From NCBI GenBank assembly GCA_964187785.1, contig OZ076409.1:7814001-7878000 (forward strand): a stretch of DNA of 64,000 nt, in the 5' to 3' direction. The translations under genes and the position numbers were made by a program. The stretch comes from Amphiscolops sp. MND2022. Taxonomy: Eukaryota. Below are positions 58,851 through 64,000 of this stretch, piece after piece (position 1 is the first letter of the stretch; each line of letters begins with the position of its first letter). The notes beneath the pieces are model-generated. The model was not told the origin of the DNA. It worked only from the letters and a program-made list of their open reading frames with translations, and did not search any database.

Positions 58851-61800
58851 CTACTCCAGCCCTATAGTTAATATTGATACATATACGCGGCTATGCAAAA
58901 CCACGCGAATACCAGTACCCTCGAACATGTTCGTTAGAGTATGGTATAGATTGACCAACGAGAAGGCCGGTCTCTCGGGGTCCAGAATGGGTAAGTGGAC
59001 CCGTGTGGATCCTTTATCTATCAGGCGCTGTATCAAGTACGTCATGCAACGCAAGTAGTCATCTGTCAGCAGCGGAGCGCGCTGGTTAGCACGGACTATT
59101 AACAGGTGAATACTTTGGTTAGGGTTGGGGTTCACATCAGGCGGGATAGTAAGAATCTCGCCCACTTTAGGTCGTAAGGCAAATACATCTTCTATGCCGC
59201 ACTCCCGCAGCACATATCGCAGGGCGGCAGAGTTGGTCTTTAGGTCAGCAGGGCATGCTAACACTATGTCGCCCTCGGCCTGCAAGAAATCAGATTCATC
59301 GTAAGAGACATGTTCGGTTGAATTCGGATACACGGCTCCCGGGTAAACAATCTTTCGTCCGGGACCATTATCGGAGGGCAGACACACGTGAGGCGTACGC
59401 CCTTGGACTGCAGCCAGGTCTTGCCACACTGAGCGGGGCATCGCTCGATTGTCGCTGCTGGCCTTTACCCACGCATCTAAAGTTCCCAGGGCGGCTTTGG
59501 GGAACAAGGGGATCTCGAAGGTGTGAGTGCACTCGTCTAACAGTCGAATTCTGGGATAGGTGGCGAAACATGTGATAATTAATTCCAGCCACCACGCAAA
59601 CTTCATCTTGCCTCGGTACCAGTCTATGATATGGAAGCAAAGTATTAAGTCCACAGTGGTGAGGGTCCTCAGACTCTCTAGGCAGGATAACAGATTCAAC
59701 GGTTCCACCATCGCCTCCACTCGTGGAGCTGTTACCAGCAGCCACCAGTGAGGAGCCGGGCTGTATACCCCTCCTGGTTCCACCTGGACTCCATACTTGT
59801 CGCATAACAAGTCGGCAGTGATGCATCGGACCATCTGCACAGGTTCCCTTTCAAAATTGAACGGTCCAAACGCAATATTACTGGGCACAGGGGGCAACAC
59901 CGTGGGCAGGGTAAACTCCAGGCCCTTTCCATCGCTAGTCCACTCCTTAAACCTAGGACAAGGGGCCTTCGCTACCCCGGGCAGTGACAACTTCTCCAGG
60001 ATAGTGTCCACAGGGTGGTCTCCGGACCGCTCTACAGCTGAGTAGGTTTTCTCGGCCCGCACCGTGAGGCGGTACACCAAGTTTTCTCTCTCTTCCGGAG
60101 GAACTCCCCGGGCTCCAATGGGAACCCTCCGGTTCTCATTCACAGCTAATAGGCAGACACAATCTCGCAGCCCGCAGGTTCCACACTTGTAGCGCGGCTG
60201 CCGTTTACTCCTTAGTTGATACCTAAGAGCAGTTGCAGATGCCTCTGTTAGCGTCCCTGCAGTTCTGGGAGCTTCCGTTTCGGCCTGGATCGCAGTTTCG
60301 GTTTCGGCATTTCTCGGTGTTTCTTTCTTCCTCGTCCTTGCCTTCGCTCGGATCAGCCGTTTCTTCTGTGCCTTGGGTGGTCTCCCCCTCCCCCTTTTAA
60401 AAGAAGGAGCGGTCCCCGCTCCTGGCGAAGTCTCGGGAACTTCAGGCAGATCGGGCTGAACGTTGCTGTCGCTGCTGGCAGATTTGAGGGGAATCGGAGG
60501 GGCGGTCGGCCATATGGGATAGTTACTAAGAAAATTGGTTAGCGAGGGATTCGTCAACAAGGATGCTGAGGTTCCTGGTAACGATGTTTCTTTTTCGGAG
60601 GAGGATATCTGTGGAGACGGTGAGCACACGCGCTCATGGTCAGAGAACAGTTGAGGTAGTATACGGGCAGGGGATATCGACTGATCCAACGTAGTCGGAG
60701 GAGCCGCAGGCTCCACTAGATCCTCGTCAACTGGAGGTATCGGCAACATGGCATCGGATAGTTCGTCGTCTGTACCTGAGGTGGAATAGTCAAATTGCTG
60801 ATAATGCGGGCGGGAGCCGCCTGCGCGAAGTTTCGTGCGTAGTCGAGTGTCCATCCAGTGACGTCGACGTGAGGGCAAAGATGCATCGGACGCTTCTGAA
60901 AGTAGTTGTTCGGGTTTATACGACGATAGAGACTTGTCGTCATCAACTACGTCGACGGAACGTTCAGGTTCGGGGTCCATAAGGACCACCACCTCACCAC
61001 TGTCCGTGTGTGCAGTAGCAAGTTCAAGGGGGCCACTGTGGTGCGGTTTAAGACGCTCAAAATGAACCTTTTGACCTGTGTCTAGCACATAGACACGACC
61101 GTCCTGAAAGACTTGTACAACCTTGTGCGGGCCTCGCCAAGCACGCATCAATTTTGGGGAACCCTTTTGCGGTACGTAGCGGCAAAATACCCAGACGAGC
61201 TCGCCTACTTGGTAAGCTCGCGCTTGTATAGCACGGTCGTACTTCAACTTTTGACGCAATTGGGCTTGGTGCGTGTTACGCCGTACCAGGTCATGTATTT
61301 CCTGCTGGCGAGCCAATACATGATCGACATACGCCTCATGCGACTCGAATGATTTGGCTGCAAACTCGGGATACAAGAACGTGAGAGGGATGGCTTTTTC
61401 TACGCCACGGGTCAGCATGTAGGGTGAGAAGCCAGTGGTGGCGTGCCTCGTAGAGTTGTAGGCGCCCATGACCTCATCAAGACATTGGTCCCAATCGCGC
61501 ATACGGCGGGAGCAAAAAACTCGCAGTAGGGTTAGCAGCGTCCGATTTTGACGCTCCACCAAGCCTTGGGTTCTAGGATGGCTAGCCGTAGAGGTTACTT
61601 TGGTAACGTGGGATGCTTTCAGGAATTCGTTTGACACCTCAGCAGTCAAATTTGGAGCATTGTCAGACTGCATTCTGGTGGGTGTGCCATGACGGGCGAA
61701 CCACTTTTGCAGCAGCAACCGAGAGGTAGTCACAGCGTCGTAGTCGTGATGACTACAGGGCACTGCTTCCGCGAACTTGGAGAAATGGTCAATTATGACC

Positions 61801-63995
61801 AAGATGCCAGTGTTATTACTGTCTGAGGGGCAGATCTTCAGATGATCATATTGGACCAATTCGTTGAAGTACCCGCTCTGGATGTTCTTTAGGTGGAATC
61901 GGACGTCACCAGGCTTATCTCGAACCTGTTGACAGGTGAGGCATTGGCCAACGTAACGGCCCACGCTGCGTCGAATACCAGGCCATGTGTGACGTTCTTC
62001 AATCCGAGCCACCACTTTGGAGATACCTTGATGTCCCATGGCGTCATGCGCGCGCAATAAAATCTCATGCTGGTACAGTTGAGGCATGACGATCATGCAC
62101 GGACGTTCGTGCAGGGGACGTTGGTTGGGAGGGTATCGTACGCAAAGCACACCATTCTTGTTAATGAACAGGAGAGTTTTCTTCTGACGGTAGTAGTTGC
62201 GTGCGAACTCACGCACGTTCTCGGGAAACACGTCATGATCGATGGGTTCGTTTAACACCAACTTTTTGAGTGCTAGCACATGAACATCACGATTTTGGGC
62301 TAGAATCAAATCTTTGATACCATGCACGGTGTGAGCATGTTCGTGAAGTTCAGTGTTGATGTCTTTAAGAGCCATAATTGAGTCGCGTACACCCGAGGGA
62401 GTACCTTGCAGCGCAACAGGATTCGCCTCAGCCATGGCATAGACGGTACGTGAGGGTACATTTACGGCATGCGTCGGTAATAGATAATCTTCGCGTGCTT
62501 CATCAGTCACGTCAATCCAGTCCTCAGGGTAGTCTGGATAGGCATCCTCGTGCGGTTGCAGAGCAAGGGAAGGCGGAGGCGGCAAGGGGGCTGCGAATGC
62601 TTTTGCTGGTCTGTCCCTCCTGCTCGCTCGTTTGGTGCGGCGAAGCACGCGTAGCAATTGGTTGGGAGCCTTAGGCTCCAAGTTCTGCAGGTGCGCAGGT
62701 AGTTCGGGATGATTCGGGATGACTCGACCCTGAAGGTCGAACCATGGGGCAACAGGTAGTTTATCAATTTCGTCAGCTGAAAGGAAATTCCAGCGTTCGC
62801 CCGCTGCTGGCTGCTGTGCAAGCTGTTTCTCTCGGCATCGATACTCGTTGGTTCGTTTGCTCAAGCCATCGGCGTTTCGATGTTGAGTTCTTGGGCGGTG
62901 TTCCACGCGAAAGTGATACTTTTCCAGGGTCATAATCCATCGGCCGATTAGCGCTTGATCCGTGGAGTAGGTTTTCAACCAGGACAAGGCTTGGTTATCC
63001 ACCCGCAGGGTGAATTTCCGGGGACATAAATAGCTGTGGTTCTTCACTATGAAATAGTAGGCGGCGAACATTTCAAGTTTGGGAGCTCCGTATTTAGCTT
63101 GCGTGGTAGTGAGCTTCTTGCTACCGTAAACTATCGGTCTCAGGCGTCGTTCACCCGGAGGACCTTGCCACTGGTGCAGGATACCCGAAATGGCGACAGC
63201 ACTAGCGTCTGTGTCCAACACAAACTCTCCTTCGGAATCAGGCTGCGCGAGCGCAGTTGCCTCGATCAGGGCTTTTTTGATCTCATTGAATGCGGTTTGT
63301 TGCTCAGGACCCCAGGCGAAGGTGGCATTCAATCCAGTGACGGCGTGCAGGGGTGCAACCAGCTTAGCGTGCCAAGGGATGAATTCGCGATAATAGTTGG
63401 CGAATCCAAGGAAACTCTGCATCTCTGTCTTGTTACGGGGAATTTCCCAATCGCGCAACTTGACAACGGCTTTCGGGTCGGGCTTCACTCCTTCTGCGGA
63501 AACCACTCGTCCCAAATACTTGATCTCCGATTTCATGAAATCGCATTTGGCCACGCGCATTTTGAAACCGGCTTCACGGAGGCATTCAAAGACTTCACGT
63601 AGGCGTACCATATGGTCTTCCACAGTCTCTGTGGCGATCACGATATCATCAATGTAGGCCATGACCATGCTGCCCTCACGATTGACAATATTCCTTAGCG
63701 CACGCGCTATTGACCGCTGAAACGTGGCAGATGCATTGCACATACCAAATGGCATTCGCCGCCACTCAAAAAGTCCTAGTTCACAAGCAAAAGCGGTTTT
63801 GTGGCGATCCGCCTTCCGCACAGGAATTTGCCAAAAGGCCCAAGCAAGGTCTATGCTGGTATAAATCTTCGCTTTGCCTAGCCGTGCCAGGCTTTCATCA
63901 ATACGGGGCAAGGGATAGGCATCCTTAATGGTTACCTCATTTAACGGGCGGAAGTCGCAGCAAAAGCGCAACTCCCCGTTTTTCTTTTTCACCAT
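58851..63995 (-). CDS. pol: Gypsy pol (partial: RT, RNase H, integrase) with a long C-terminal extension
   Basis: AYIDDI, DTDAS, HDAMGH...CLTC, QSDNA, LVERQN; then KRGRGRPPK, CGTCGLRDCVC and two macrodomain-like segments. Confidence 0.95.
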   Translation of the reverse strand: MVKKKNGELRFCCDFRPLNEVTIKDAYPLPRIDESLARLGKAKIYTSIDLAWAFWQIPVRKADRHKTAFACELGLFEWRRMPFGMCNASATFQRSIARALRNIVNREGSMVMAYIDDIVIATETVEDHMVRLREVFECLREAGFKMRVAKCDFMKSEIKYLGRVVSAEGVKPDPKAVVKLRDWEIPRNKTEMQSFLGFANYYREFIPWHAKLVAPLHAVTGLNATFAWGPEQQTAFNEIKKALIEATALAQPDSEGEFVLDTDASAVAISGILHQWQGPPGERRLRPIVYGSKKLTTTQAKYGAPKLEMFAAYYFIVKNHSYLCPRKFTLRVDNQALSWLKTYSTDQALIGRWIMTLEKYHFRVEHRPRTQHRNADGLSKRTNEYRCREKQLAQQPAAGERWNFLSADEIDKLPVAPWFDLQGRVIPNHPELPAHLQNLEPKAPNQLLRVLRRTKRASRRDRPAKAFAAPLPPPPSLALQPHEDAYPDYPEDWIDVTDEAREDYLLPTHAVNVPSRTVYAMAEANPVALQGTPSGVRDSIMALKDINTELHEHAHTVHGIKDLILAQNRDVHVLALKKLVLNEPIDHDVFPENVREFARNYYRQKKTLLFINKNGVLCVRYPPNQRPLHERPCMIVMPQLYQHEILLRAHDAMGHQGISKVVARIEERHTWPGIRRSVGRYVGQCLTCQQVRDKPGDVRFHLKNIQSGYFNELVQYDHLKICPSDSNNTGILVIIDHFSKFAEAVPCSHHDYDAVTTSRLLLQKWFARHGTPTRMQSDNAPNLTAEVSNEFLKASHVTKVTSTASHPRTQGLVERQNRTLLTLLRVFCSRRMRDWDQCLDEVMGAYNSTRHATTGFSPYMLTRGVEKAIPLTFLYPEFAAKSFESHEAYVDHVLARQQEIHDLVRRNTHQAQLRQKLKYDRAIQARAYQVGELVWVFCRYVPQKGSPKLMRAWRGPHKVVQVFQDGRVYVLDTGQKVHFERLKPHHSGPLELATAHTDSGEVVVLMDPEPERSVDVVDDDKSLSSYKPEQLLSEASDASLPSRRRHWMDTRLRTKLRAGGSRPHYQQFDYSTSGTDDELSDAMLPIPPVDEDLVEPAAPPTTLDQSISPARILPQLFSDHERVCSPSPQISSSEKETSLPGTSASLLTNPSLTNFLSNYPIWPTAPPIPLKSASSDSNVQPDLPEVPETSPGAGTAPSFKRGRGRPPKAQKKRLIRAKARTRKKETPRNAETETAIQAETEAPRTAGTLTEASATALRYQLRSKRQPRYKCGTCGLRDCVCLLAVNENRRVPIGARGVPPEERENLVYRLTVRAEKTYSAVERSGDHPVDTILEKLSLPGVAKAPCPRFKEWTSDGKGLEFTLPTVLPPVPSNIAFGPFNFEREPVQMVRCITADLLCDKYGVQVEPGGVYSPAPHWWLLVTAPRVEAMVEPLNLLSCLESLRTLTTVDLILCFHIIDWYRGKMKFAWWLELIITCFATYPRIRLLDECTHTFEIPLFPKAALGTLDAWVKASSDNRAMPRSVWQDLAAVQGRTPHVCLPSDNGPGRKIVYPGAVYPNSTEHVSYDESDFLQAEGDIVLACPADLKTNSAALRYVLRECGIEDVFALRPKVGEILTIPPDVNPNPNQSIHLLIVRANQRAPLLTDDYLRCMTYLIQRLIDKGSTRVHLPILDPERPAFSLVNLYHTLTNMFEGTGIRVVLHSRVYVSILTIGLE

Positions 63996-64000
63996 TACAC

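Larger units (their letters stand above)
52792..64000 (-). mobile_element. Element 3: Gypsy LTR retrotransposon with accessory ORFs (5' part outside the window)
   Basis: pol RT-RH-IN, two long downstream ORFs, PPT and 3' LTR. Confidence 0.92.

Overview
AT-rich eukaryotic, probably invertebrate, genomic DNA. It is dominated by three unrelated Ty3/Gypsy-type LTR retrotransposons, each carrying unusual cargo, plus one host gene (3-exon PGAP3/PER1, 39767-43010, minus strand) among small non-autonomous DNA transposons and a tRNA-derived SINE. Element 1 (minus strand, 17007-bp repeat unit ending at 19055) has intact gag and pol, a -1 frameshift site, and a tandem copy running off the left edge. On its antisense strand it carries a 7-exon gene (3183-7962, about 1014 aa) that looks like a full-length hAT transposase with a BED-like Zn finger but without catalytic residues, preceded by RFX X-boxes. 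Its non-coding DNA holds about 40 copies of a GATG-N7-GATG motif, often spaced about 60 bp apart. Together these suggest a self-targeting DNA-binding protein plus binding-site array, the best candidate for a novel system here. Element 2 (20397-38150, plus strand, 412-bp LTRs, GTAC target-site duplication) is defective. It has a chuvirus/gB-like class III envelope gene, extra ORFs, a covarying hairpin array in its leader and a perfect 233-bp palindrome. Element 3 (52792 to beyond 64000, minus strand) has a pol ending in two degenerate TARG1-like macrodomains, followed by accessory ORF(s) with an SGNH-like domain. All protein family assignments are by-eye motif recognition, not database searches.
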